A stretch of DNA of 64,000 nt, taken from positions 22,093 through 86,092 of the forward strand of contig JAVYML010000003.1 of the NCBI GenBank assembly GCA_038736355.1, given 5' to 3'. A model generated the notes under the pieces. That model was given only the letters and a program-made list of their open reading frames with translations, did not search any database and was not told the origin of the DNA. Of the stretch, positions 1 to 11,000 are shown one piece after another. This stretch comes from Candidatus Hadarchaeales archaeon. GTDB taxonomy: Archaea; Hadarchaeota; Hadarchaeia; Hadarchaeales; WYZ-LMO6. The position numbers and the translations under genes are program-made. Each line of letters begins with the position of its first letter. Within the stretch, counting starts at the first letter, position 1.

Positions 1-565
1 AGCCGGTGCTTTGGACGGCATTGCTGCCGCCATACCCCAAAGTTGAGGTAGCAAACCGCGGGGTCGATATGGACTCTCGCCCGCGACCACTCTGTTATCC
101 CCGGGGTACCTTTTCTGTCATCCGGAGCCCTCACCAAGAGGGACATCCGGGTTCGCTAGGCCCGGCTTTCGCCCCTGCGCGCCTTGGTAGTGAGCGCGCA
201 GTCAGGCCGGCTTTTGGCCTTGTCCTTGGCGGCGGAGTTCTGACCCGCCTAAGCCGACCTTTGGACCCCCTCGATATCTTTTCGAGGGGCTGCCGCCCCA
301 GCGAAACTGCCCACCTGCCGTTGTCCCCCTGACGGGGTTAGGGGCACGGTTAGGAGTGGGCGGTGTTACATCGGCGCCTCCGCCGGACCCGAAGATCCGG
401 CTTCCACGGCTCCCGCCTACCCTCTGCACCCGCAACCGCGTCCCAGCGACAGGCTGCAGTAAAGGTCCACGGGGTCTTCGTTTCCCTTCGGGGGACCCCG
501 GCATGTTCGCCGGCAAGCGGGTTCACCGGGTTGCAGGCCGGGACAGTGGGGGGCTCGTTGATTCC

Positions 566-597
<32 letters not shown>

Positions 598-602
598 TTA
601 CG

Positions 603-1304
603 CTACCTTAAGCTCCCTTCCTCACATGTCGGAAGGTGGACCATATCATCGCCCTCCTCGGGCGCCTGGCGTATGGTCTCTGAGGATCCCCCTTCAACGA
701 GCCTTTCCAGTTTTTCCCTCTTTTCGGGATGTCTGAATCCTATGGCATCCCTGAACTTTTTCACTCTCTCCAAGCCTTTTATGACCAGCGAGAACTGCGG
801 ATTTTTCCCCCATGCCCTCGGTTTTTTGACGGAAATCGCACTTTCAATCCCTGCTTCCAGAAGAATTCCATGTAGCTGTCCGATGAGAGGCCTGGCGATC
901 ATGTCGATCCCGACATATGGATAGCTGTAGGTTTTTCCCCCATGCTTTTGTTTGTCGACTCCACAGTAGCCTTCTGCATCGAAGAGCCCCCTTGCCACCT
1001 CCAGCCTTGAGACTTTGTCCTCCGTGAAAGTCTTCGGAATTCTGAGGGTGGTGAGTTTCCTTCCCTTCGGGTACCCGATTTTCACGAAGAACTTATGGAT
1101 ATCCTTGCGGTTGGTACTGACTATCCAACAGTTCGGCGAACCCCTGTTCACCCTCGGCTTGAAGTTGAAGATCCTTTCGACGGTCTTTGCGATGCTTTCC
1201 GCAAATTCCCTGTTCTTATCCCTGCAAAACACCGTGTACGAATTTCCATAGACACCTCCGTCACCGAGCATTACACCAACGAGGTAAGCTAGGGACTCTG
1301 TCAT
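603..1304 (-). CDS. LAGLIDADG homing endonuclease (intron-encoded). The ORF runs 9 nt into the downstream exon.
   Basis: Two LAGLIDADG-type motifs are present (LAYLVGVMLGDGGV and RGLFDAEGYCG). The start is chosen at the Met just before the first motif (MTESLAYLVG). The long ORF-track version (to 1523) extends into exon sequence and is not used. Confidence 0.7.
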   Translation of the reverse strand: MTESLAYLVGVMLGDGGVYGNSYTVFCRDKNREFAESIAKTVERIFNFKPRVNRGSPNCWIVSTNRKDIHKFFVKIGYPKGRKLTTLRIPKTFTEDKVSRLEVARGLFDAEGYCGVDKQKHGGKTYSYPYVGIDMIARPLIGQLHGILLEAGIESAISVKKPRAWGKNPQFSLVIKGLERVKKFRDAIGFRHPEKREKLERLVEGGSSETIRQAPEEGDDMVHLPTCEEGSLR

Positions 1305-1463
1305 CACTGTCGATTTAAGAGGGACTCTGTTATTTCGTTTCCGGCCCTCTGGGGTTTCCTGCGGGTCGACCTCATCGGAGATGGACTTTGTTACCCTTTT
1401 TCGGGTAGCCCATCTCCCCTCACGTCTTCCCCGCATACAGCCAGGTTTTACAACCCCCTTCTC
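612..1463 (-). mobile_element. rRNA intron (archaeal type) encoding a LAGLIDADG homing endonuclease, inserted near E. coli 23S position ~1925-1927
   Basis: Removing 612..1463 restores the conserved 23S sequence ...GGGGGTAACTATAACCCTC/TTAAGGTAGCGTAATACCTTGCCG. The intron interior carries the endonuclease ORF. Boundaries are good to within a few nt. Confidence 0.75.
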
Positions 1464-3599
1464 GAGGGTTATAGTTACCCCCGCCCATTGGCGGCGCTTC
1501 GGCCGGTTGTACCCGGCTTTCACGTACCGCCTGTAGGCAGAATTCAGCTCCCGTACTCACCCTTTCGGGCTAGCGGGAACCTACGTTTTTATTAAACAGT
1601 CGGCCCCCCCTGGTCACTGCGACCTGCCCTCCGCAGGGCAGGCACCCCTTCTCCCGAAGTTACGGGGCCAACTTGCCGAATTCCCTGGCCTGCTGTCTCC
1701 CGTCACACCTTAGGCTTCTCACCTAGGGGCACCTGTGTCGGATCTAGGTACGGTCACCCAGGATCCCATTTCCGGTCCCCCTTTTCACGGGCCCCGGAGA
1801 TGAACCGAACCCGCCTAACGGCAGGCCCATCCCGCCCTCATCCGGTTCTCTCCATTACGGAACTCCCCGGACTTCGACGGTTGGATGGGGCGACGGCCCC
1901 ACTCGGTCTGCCCCGAGGCGTCGGAGGACCGGCCTGCGTTGCCGCCGGTACCTGGGTGGTTCCGGAATATTAACCGGATTCCCTTTCGGCGGCCTCTGGT
2001 TGAGGGCCGCCTCAGGACCGACTAACCCTCGGCTGACGACCATTGCCGAGGAACCCGGGCCCCTTCGGCGGTGGGGATTCTCACCCCACTAGGCTGTTAC
2101 TACCACCAGGATCCTCGTTCCCACGCGGTCCACCCGACCTCACGGCCGGGCTTCTCCCCACGCGGGACGCCCCCCTACCGGATCAGGCTACTGAACTTCG
2201 CCTGCCCCGGGGTCTCGGCAGCTGGCTTAAGCCCCGTTCATCTTCGGTGCCCCCACCCTCGACGGGTCCGCTTTTACGCGTTGTTTAAAGGGTGGCTGCT
2301 TCTGAGCCTACCTCCCCGCTGTCTCAGGGTGGAGACGCCCTTTGGATTTCTGCACTTAGCCAGCATTTGGGGGCCTTAACCCCGGTCTGGGTTGTTCCCC
2401 TCTCGGAGCGGGAGCTTACCCCCCGCACCCCGTCTCCGGCGGTCTACGGCGCCGGTCGCTTCGGAGTTCGACAGCGAGGGCAAGGGTTTCCCCCTGTCAC
2501 CCCGCAATCGGTGCTCTACACGACCGGCTACCTCGCGCCGGGCCTGACTGCGGCCAGCTTCGGGGGGAACCAGCTGTCACCGGGCTTGATGGGTCTTTCG
2601 CCACTAGCCCAGGGTCATCCGACCGAATTGCACGTCAAGACCGGTTCGGCCCTCCACCCCATAGAGGGGCTTCAGCCTGCCCTGGACTAGATCGCCCGGT
2701 TTCGGGTCTCACCGCCGTGACTCCGGGCGCTGTTAACACCCCGTCCCTCGCCCTTTCGGGCTGCGGACCGTCGCTTTCGCTCCGGCTCCGGGGTTTCAAC
2801 CCCTTAACCTCGCCACGACGGTGAACTCCCTGGCCCGTGATTCAAGACGGACGGTACGACCCCGATCCCCCTCCCTCGTACCACCGCCTCACGGCGGCTT
2901 CCTTCGGGAGGGCTCACCTCTTTCGAGCCGTACCTTACTGTCGCCACCTGGTTTCAGGCTCTTTTCACCCCCCTTCCGGGGTACTTTTCAGCTTTCCCTC
3001 GCGGTACTGCGTTCGCTATCGGTCTCGAGACGTATTTAGGGTTGGGAGTTGGTGCCTCCCAGCTTCGGACGCCAATCCCAAGGCGCCCTACTCAGGATCC
3101 CTCCCCTCGTATCCTGCACAGTTACCCCTACGGGGCTTTCACCCTCTACGGCGCGCCATTCCAGGCGACTTCGGGTTCCCGTGCGAGGAATTGGGGGAGG
3201 TCCTACAACTCCACATCCCCGACGACTTTCGCCGCCGGGTTCGGTTTGCCCTGTGCCCTCTTCACTCGCCGTTACTGAGGGCATCGCTTTTGCTTTCTCT
3301 TCCTCCCGGTACTGAGATGTTTCACTTCCCGGGGTTCCCGTTCGCAGCTCCCAAAAGAGCCGCGAACGCAGGGGGTTAACCCCTGCAGGATTCCCATTCG
3401 GTGATCCCGGGTTCTACGGCTGCCTGCGCCTCGCCCGGGCTTTTCGCAGCTTGCCACGACCTTCTTCGGCGCTCGAGCCGAGCCATCCCCCAGGTGGCTT
3501 GGTTCCCCGCTCGACGGCTTCCGGACCTGTGCCTGGCCTCATCAGCTTTTAGCCTGAGCCCTTCGCGCGAGAAGCGCTCTCTCTTCCCGCGCTGCATGC

Positions 3600-3674
3600 T
3601 GGTGGACCCGCCGGGATTCGAACCCGGGGCCTTCGGCTTGCAAAGCCGACGCTCTACCACTGAGCTACGGGCCC
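3600..3674 (-). tRNA. tRNA-Ala (anticodon UGC), CCA encoded, in the 16S-23S spacer
   Basis: Reverse complement folds as GGGCCCG-TA-GCTCAGTGGTAGAGC-G-TCGGC-TTTGCAA-GCCGA-AGGCC-CCGGG-TTCGAAT-CCCGG-CGGGTCC-A-CCA. The G3:U70 alanine identity pair is present and the anticodon is TGC. Confidence 0.9.
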
Positions 3675-3706
3675 AAGAGAAGTCCGGGCCTCCGCCAGAT
3701 ATATAC

Positions 3707-5190
<1,484 letters not shown>

Positions 5191-5458
5191 GGTGGCCGCA
5201 AGACCTTTAGGCGGAGGCCTCGGACCTCTCTCGGACCCGAACTCTCCAGTGGCCTGGGTTTTTCGGGCCCACATACTGATTCCACACCCGGAATTCGACC
5301 CTTCATCGCTGGTTAAACACCCGGCTCCCGGCCGACGCCTTGAGGGTGTGGAGCCAATAGTATGTAAGGGAGAAGCCATACTTAAGGCTTGTCCTGAAAG
5401 GAATCCGCCGGGGGTTCTCTGGGACGGTTCTTTATCCTCTGGGGAAAAAAGAGGGGAA

Positions 5459-6133
5459 ATGGATCAGGAAATAGATGTTTCCGTGGTCGTCCCCACCTAC
5501 AACGAGGCTGGAAATCTCCCTCCCTTGATCAGGCGGTTGGCAAGGGCCTTGAGGGGCAGGAGGTGGGAAGTGGTGGTGGTGGATGATGGTTCCCCAGATG
5601 GTACGGGGAAGGTAGCGGAGATCTTGGCCAGGAAGTATCCTGTCAGGCTGGTTCAGCGTGGGAAGAGGGGTGGTCTCTCCTCTGCAGTGGTGGAAGGATG
5701 GCGGCATGCGGGAGGCAGGGTCCTGGTGGTGATGGATGCCGATCTCCAGCATCCACCCGAGCTGGTTCCAGAGCTGGTGATGAAAGTGGAGGAGGGGAAC
5801 GATTTGGTCCTGGCCTGCAGGACGCGATGGGTGGGATGGAGGGGGGCTGCCTCCAAGTTGATGGGCGAACTGGTGAGGACCCTTTTGCACCTTCCCGTGC
5901 GGGATCCCCATTCGGGCTTCTTCGCCCTACGCCGGGTGGTTGGGAGGATAAAACCGAGGGGGTACAAAATCCTCCTGGAATGTCTGGTGAGGGGGAGGTA
6001 CAGAAGGGTGGCTGAAGTTTTCTACTCCCAAGGGAAAAGGAAATGGGGGAGGAGCAAATGGGGGGTGAGGGAGGGGTGGGAGTACCTGCGGCAGCTTCTG
6101 GATCTCTTAGGGTATTCAAAGGGGGGAAGATGA
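5459..6133 (+). CDS. Family 2 glycosyltransferase (dolichyl-phosphate mannose/glucose synthase-like)
   Basis: VSVVVPTYNEAGNL...VVVVDDGSPDGT...VMDADLQHPPE are GT2 / Dpm1-type motifs. The ATG at 5459 is chosen because the longer ORF (from 5192) would overlap the 16S 5' end. Confidence 0.85.
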   Translation: MDQEIDVSVVVPTYNEAGNLPPLIRRLARALRGRRWEVVVVDDGSPDGTGKVAEILARKYPVRLVQRGKRGGLSSAVVEGWRHAGGRVLVVMDADLQHPPELVPELVMKVEEGNDLVLACRTRWVGWRGAASKLMGELVRTLLHLPVRDPHSGFFALRRVVGRIKPRGYKILLECLVRGRYRRVAEVFYSQGKRKWGRSKWGVREGWEYLRQLLDLLGYSKGGR

Positions 6134-6204
6134 ACCGGGTCCGGAGATAGTGGAGGATATGGACCCACTACCTCAGGTACAAACTGGCCTCTCCCCCCCT
6201 TTCT

Positions 6205-7150
6205 TTTGCCAACTATTTCATCACCGTGAGATGCAATTTGAAGTGTATTTACTGCCCAGTGAGAACGGATACAGGCTCCAAAATCTTTGATTACTGTTCC
6301 TCTTCCAGGCAAGAACTCAGCACGGAGGAGGCTAAGAGGGCAATGGAGGAACTGGGAAAGCTTGGCACCCTCTGGATTTCCTTCAGCGGAGGCGAGCCCC
6401 TCCTACGTCCAGATCTGGAAGAAATAGCCGATAAGGCTAGGAGGGAAGGGATGTTTACCATCTTGGACACCAATGCCACCCTCATAACCAAAAAGGAGGG
6501 CGAGAACCCTCTCCAGAGTTTTCGACAGTGCAGTGGTATCCCGTCAGGGGATGGAAAGGAAGAACGATGAGATGAGGGGGAAGGGCACCTGGGGGAGGAC
6601 AGAGGGGAATAGAGTTTCTGAAGGAGAGCGGGTGTGAGGTGGGGGTGAACTTCATCCTGACCAACCTCAACCTGGGGAAAATAGAGGAAGTAGTGAACTT
6701 TCTGAGGGAAAGGGTGGATCATCTCTTTTTCAACCCCGTTTGTGAGGCCAAGGGTTCATGCCCACCAGGGAACAGGTGAGGTGGTTGGAAGGCAAGCTTT
6801 TTTGAGCTGAAGAGGGAGCACGGGAGTTTCCTTTCCAATTCCCCAGAGCATTTGCGGGCCATCGTGAGGTACCTTCGGGGGGGAGGGTGGTGGAGTGCGA
6901 ACCCTTCACCCTGCATGTTTCCCTCATGCCCAACGGAGATCTCTGCGGATGCTTTTACCCTTTTCCGGTGGGGAAAGTGGGGGGGAAGATTTGGAGGAGG
7001 TCAGACTGAGGGGGAAGGAGAAAAGGGAGGAACTCTGGCGGGAATGCGGTGGATGTGCCAACTCCTCCTATTTCCACGTCACCAGGCTCTTCAGGGGATC
7101 TCCCTTTACCTGCTGGAAAGAAGATTTTCCCCCTAGGCAGAACCATTATG
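6205..7150 (+). pseudogene. Radical SAM/SPASM-domain gene disrupted by at least four frameshifts
   Basis: Frame 1 gives VRCNLKCIYC (CX3CX2C) then SFSGGEPLLRPDLEEI, and stops at 6570. Downstream fragments in other frames read GIEFLKESGCEVGVNFILTNLN..., EPFTLHVSLMPNGDLCGCFYPF, and ELWRECGGCANSSYFHVTRLF (SPASM-like Cys motifs). Homopolymer G/C runs sit at the frame breaks, so sequencing error cannot be excluded. Confidence 0.6.
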
Positions 7151-7329
7151 TTTTCCTAAGGTCAATATCCCACTTCCCCAAGCGGGGCCCCACATCGAGA
7201 CGGAACCTCATCCTATAAGCGGTCCACTGCGCGGAGCAGCATGGGTCATTAAAGATTGGCGACCTGCGATTTAAAAAGGAGGTGCCCTCAGTTTCCCTCA
7301 GTTTTCTTTATGGAAAAGAAGAACAGTGA

Positions 7330-8280
7330 ATGATGAGGTTCCTCCGCCTCAGGGCTTGGAGATTTCCCTTCTTCCACAGGATGATCTGGCTTCTTTCACC
7401 CCTCCTCTACTTCGTCTTCAGCAGGGACCTCTTTTCCTCCTTCCTTCCCACTTTTTTTCTCCTCCTCCCCTTTCTCTTTCTATACGGTGCCTTCTCGGTG
7501 CTGATCAACGACTATTTTGATTTCCCTTTCGATCTCGCGGCGGGCAAGGAGGTTGAACCCCTCTCGCGCACGGAGATCCTCCTCCTCTCCTCCCTTACCC
7601 TTTCGGCCTGCCTGGGGCTCTCCTTCCTATTATCCCCCAGTTTGTCCTTCCTCCCCCTGCTTGGCCTGATCCTGGCCTTCCTTTACTCGGTGAAGGGAAT
7701 AAGACTAAAGGAGAGGGGATGGATGGGAGTGGGAACGGACGTGGGTATAGAGTTCCTCCCCCTCCTCTTCTCCATCCTCCTCCTGCGCCTCCCCCGATGG
7801 GATCCCGATGTGTTTCTCTTCCTCCTTCTCTACATCTCCGTCCAGCTGACCTCCCAAGTGGAGCACCAGCTGAAGGACTTGGAGAGGGACAGGAGGGTGG
7901 GACTGAAAACGCTGGTTACCGAAAGGGGGGAGGAATTCGGCCTGAGGCTCCTTCGCTTCTTTTCTTCCCTCTCCTTCCTCCTCCTCTTTCCACTCCTATT
8001 CTGGTTTTCCTCTCTCCCCTGGTTCAGCCCGCTCTTTCTCTTCTTTCTCCTTTTCTCCCTCTTCCACCCCAAATGGAACCCTGAATTTCCCCAAGCCCAT
8101 AGGGTCTCCCCCCTCTTCGCCGATATCTTCTACCTCTTCCTCTTCCAAATTTTCCCCCTTTATCTCTCCCTTCTCATGGTATGGACCCATCCTTTCTTCC
8201 TTCCCCTCCTCCCCCCCATCCTCCTCCTCGATTGCAGGTTCCTGTTCATGTCCTGGAGGTGGATAAGGAGATGGGTTTGA
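7330..8280 (+). CDS. UbiA-family prenyltransferase-like polytopic membrane protein
   Basis: First Asp-rich motif NDYFDFPFD (NDxxDxxxD) and second motif DLERD (DxxxD), with ~8 hydrophobic helices. Confidence 0.75.
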   Translation: MMRFLRLRAWRFPFFHRMIWLLSPLLYFVFSRDLFSSFLPTFFLLLPFLFLYGAFSVLINDYFDFPFDLAAGKEVEPLSRTEILLLSSLTLSACLGLSFLLSPSLSFLPLLGLILAFLYSVKGIRLKERGWMGVGTDVGIEFLPLLFSILLLRLPRWDPDVFLFLLLYISVQLTSQVEHQLKDLERDRRVGLKTLVTERGEEFGLRLLRFFSSLSFLLLFPLLFWFSSLPWFSPLFLFFLLFSLFHPKWNPEFPQAHRVSPLFADIFYLFLFQIFPLYLSLLMVWTHPFFLPLLPPILLLDCRFLFMSWRWIRRWV

Positions 8281-9383
8281 AACTGGCGGTTTGCCACGAT
8301 CTCCTCAGCGTGAAGGGGGGTGCGGAAAGGGTAGTCCTTACGGTGGCGAGGGCCTTCAGGGCCGAGGTTTTCACTCTCCTCTACGATCCCTCCCAGGCCT
8401 TCGAGGAGGCCAGGGGGCTGAAGATCCACACCCTCGGCGACTGGAAGCTGCCCCAGGATCGGAGGTTCTATCCCTGGATTTATCCCTTCTTCCACGGCTG
8501 GGGAATCCTGAAGTTCCTCGGATTAGACCTGAGGGGATACGATGCCGTTTTCACCAGCGGGAAGCTCGGTATCTTCGCCAAGGGAGAGGTAACCCTCCAC
8601 TACTGCCATTCCCCTCCTCGTTTCCTCTACGACCTTCGCCCCATCGTTTCCCTCTATCTGGGAAGGAGGTACGGATCGCCGGTGAGGGCCCTCGCCGAAC
8701 TCTGGTGGAGGGGGTGGAGGAGGATGGACGAATGGGCGGCAAGGAGACCGAACCTAATTTTGGCCAACTCCTTGGAGGTAAAGAAAAGGATCTGGAGGTA
8801 CTACGGGAGGGAGGCGGAGGTCGTCTATCCTCCCGTAAAAGTGGAGAAGTTCAGGATGAAGGGGGGAGGGGAATACTTCTTGGCGGTCCAGAGGCCAAGC
8901 CCGGAGAAGAGGATAGAGCTCCTCCTCAGGATCTTCAAGAGGCTGCCGGGCGAGAGATTGGTGCTGGTGGGCAGCTACATAGATCCCGACTACACGGCAT
9001 GGCTTGAAGAAAAGATGAGGGGGATGGGGAACGTGAGCTGGCTGAAGGAGGTGAGCGAGAGAGAACTGGTGGAGCTGTATGCTGGATGCAAAGCCCTCGT
9101 GCACACAGCCAGGAGGGAGGATTTTGGCATGGCGCCCGTGGAGGCCATGGCCTCTGGCAAGCCCGTGATAGCCGTGAACGAAGGGGGGGTGAGGGAAACG
9201 GTGGTGCATGGGAAGACGGGCCTGCTGGTTGATCCCCCCTACCTGAAGAACTTCGTGAGGATCCTCAAGGGCTTCGATCCTTCCCTCTTCTCCCCCAGGG
9301 AATGCAGGAGGAGGGCGGAGGAGTTCTCTGAGGAGAGGTTCGTGAGGAGGATGAAAGAACTGCTGGGGAGGATGCTCGGATGA
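8271..9383 (+). CDS. Family 4 (GT-B) glycosyltransferase
   Basis: C-terminal EDFGMAPVEAMASGKPVIAVNEGGVRETV is the retaining GT4 signature (EX7E). The ATG at 8271 overlaps the end of the UbiA-like gene. Confidence 0.85.
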   Translation: MGLKLAVCHDLLSVKGGAERVVLTVARAFRAEVFTLLYDPSQAFEEARGLKIHTLGDWKLPQDRRFYPWIYPFFHGWGILKFLGLDLRGYDAVFTSGKLGIFAKGEVTLHYCHSPPRFLYDLRPIVSLYLGRRYGSPVRALAELWWRGWRRMDEWAARRPNLILANSLEVKKRIWRYYGREAEVVYPPVKVEKFRMKGGGEYFLAVQRPSPEKRIELLLRIFKRLPGERLVLVGSYIDPDYTAWLEEKMRGMGNVSWLKEVSERELVELYAGCKALVHTARREDFGMAPVEAMASGKPVIAVNEGGVRETVVHGKTGLLVDPPYLKNFVRILKGFDPSLFSPRECRRRAEEFSEERFVRRMKELLGRMLG

Positions 9384-10072
9384 GTTTTTCCATAAGAAGG
9401 GAGCTGAGGGAGAGCGTGGAGTTCCTGATCCGTCCTGGGAAGGTGATGGAGGGGATGGGGATGCTCCCCCTTTCCTTCTCCCTTCCCTTCCTCTTCATCC
9501 TGCGTTATTTCCACTTCTACCTCCATGGTCTGCTGGTCCATCTCCCCTTTTACCGCGCCGAGTATCCCAACCTCCTTTCCTTTTTCTGGCATGAGTTCGA
9601 TCTTTGGCAGGGTTTCCTCCTCCCCGCAGCCCTCTTCTCGCTCTCAGCCGTCCTCTGGTGGATCGGGAGAGTGATGGGGAGGGAGGTGGACTACAGGATG
9701 GCGGAGCACGGAGCTTTTCACGTGCTCGTGGCGGGAGTTCTCCTGGTTCCCTTCGACGCCATCCATCTCTGGTTGTCCCCCACCTATTTCTGGGGGCACT
9801 GCATGCACCTTTCCCTGCTCCTTCAGTTGCTTCTCCTCCCCTATTGGATGAGCGTGTGGGCGGAGAAGTCTCTTGGGGTGAAGAAGAGATACTCTTTCCT
9901 CCCTTCTCTCCTTTTTCCCCTCTCCATCAAGTACGCTGACTGGCTAGTCTTCTCCCCGCCCTTCTTCCTCCTGCTCGCCTACCTTGTTCTCACCCTTTTT
10001 TTCCTCACCGGGGAGAGAGAAAGGTTGGGGGTGGCACTTGGTCTTTCCCTCTGTCTCTGGCTGTTTGGCTGA
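9380..10072 (+). CDS. Polytopic integral membrane protein of unknown function
   Basis: ATG at 9380 overlaps the GT4 stop (ATGA). About 6 predicted TM helices and no motif I recognise. Sits between GT4 and the radical SAM gene. Confidence 0.55.
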   Translation: MSFSIRRELRESVEFLIRPGKVMEGMGMLPLSFSLPFLFILRYFHFYLHGLLVHLPFYRAEYPNLLSFFWHEFDLWQGFLLPAALFSLSAVLWWIGRVMGREVDYRMAEHGAFHVLVAGVLLVPFDAIHLWLSPTYFWGHCMHLSLLLQLLLLPYWMSVWAEKSLGVKKRYSFLPSLLFPLSIKYADWLVFSPPFFLLLAYLVLTLFFLTGERERLGVALGLSLCLWLFG

Positions 10073-10088
10073 GCTGCTGTATCGAGTG

Positions 10089-11000
10089 ATGAGCAGACCA
10101 CCCTTCTGCCATCTTTTCCGTCTCTGGTACCTGAAACGCCGGCTTCTCCCCCGTCCCCACTTCATCCTCTTTCCCACCTTCAGATGCAATTATTACGGGA
10201 GATGCCCTTACTGCCACCTCTTGGACATGGGTTTCCCCCGCCTCTACCCGGAGGACCTGTCCGTGGAGAAGGCCGTGGATTCCTTCCTCCGCTTTTCCGA
10301 TTCGGAGCTGGACGTGTCGGGAGGGGAGCCCTTCCTCTGGCGGGGAATCAGGGAATTCGTGGAAGAGGTGGGGAAGGAGAACAGGGTGGGTGTGACCACC
10401 AACCTCTCCTGGGAGGTGGAGAGGGAGAGGGAATGGCTATCCGGTTTCAGCTCCATAACGGCCAGCTATCATCCCGAGGCGGTTGGGTTGGAGGAGTTCT
10501 TGAAAAAAGTGGTGCTGCTCCGCTCCATCCATCCAAAGGTGAAGGTAAACGTGGTGGCCTATCCCCCTCTCCTCCATCGGGTGGGGGAGGCGGTGGAGAG
10601 GTTCAGGAGGGAGGGAATTTTCGTCCACGTGGATCCCTATCTCTCCCCCTACACCAAGGGAGAAAGGGAATGGGTGAGGCTTCTCTTGGTGAGCAAGAGG
10701 AAGGTGGAGTTCCCGCCGGCGGGCCTGAAGAAATGCGATGCGGGCAGAAGACATTTCGTGGTCCTGCCCGATGGGAGCGTCTACACCTGCTGGAACGGAT
10801 GCATGCTGGAACACCTCCTAGGCCCTTCCGTGCTGGGGCGTTCCTACCGGTTAGGGAATTTGCTGGAAGGTACTTTCTCTCCCTTGCGGGAGGAACTCGA
10901 ATGTTGGCTCCCCTGTTCTGCCGGCTGCGATTTGGACTATGTGAAGCAGCGAACCATCACAGAGGTTAAATCCATGGGGAAAGAGAGGATGGATTGGTGA
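10089..11000 (+). CDS. Radical SAM/SPASM-domain protein (putative peptide/protein maturase) with a non-canonical CX5CX2C cluster motif
   Basis: FRCNYYGRCPYC is followed by DVSGGEPFLW (SAM-binding GGE). C-terminal Cys-rich region CWNGC...CWLPCSAGCD is typical of SPASM/twitch auxiliary clusters. The stop TGA 10998-11000 overlaps the start of the next gene. Confidence 0.8.
   Translation: MSRPPFCHLFRLWYLKRRLLPRPHFILFPTFRCNYYGRCPYCHLLDMGFPRLYPEDLSVEKAVDSFLRFSDSELDVSGGEPFLWRGIREFVEEVGKENRVGVTTNLSWEVEREREWLSGFSSITASYHPEAVGLEEFLKKVVLLRSIHPKVKVNVVAYPPLLHRVGEAVERFRREGIFVHVDPYLSPYTKGEREWVRLLLVSKRKVEFPPAGLKKCDAGRRHFVVLPDGSVYTCWNGCMLEHLLGPSVLGRSYRLGNLLEGTFSPLREELECWLPCSAGCDLDYVKQRTITEVKSMGKERMDW

Noticed and set aside
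5192-5458. N-terminal 89 codons of the ORF-track GT2 ORF
   Set aside because: They would overlap the 16S 5' end and its processing stem. The ATG at 5459, followed by the GT2 N-terminus, is the credible start.
8291-9007. 238-aa plus ORF
   Set aside because: It is an alternative frame inside the GT4 gene.
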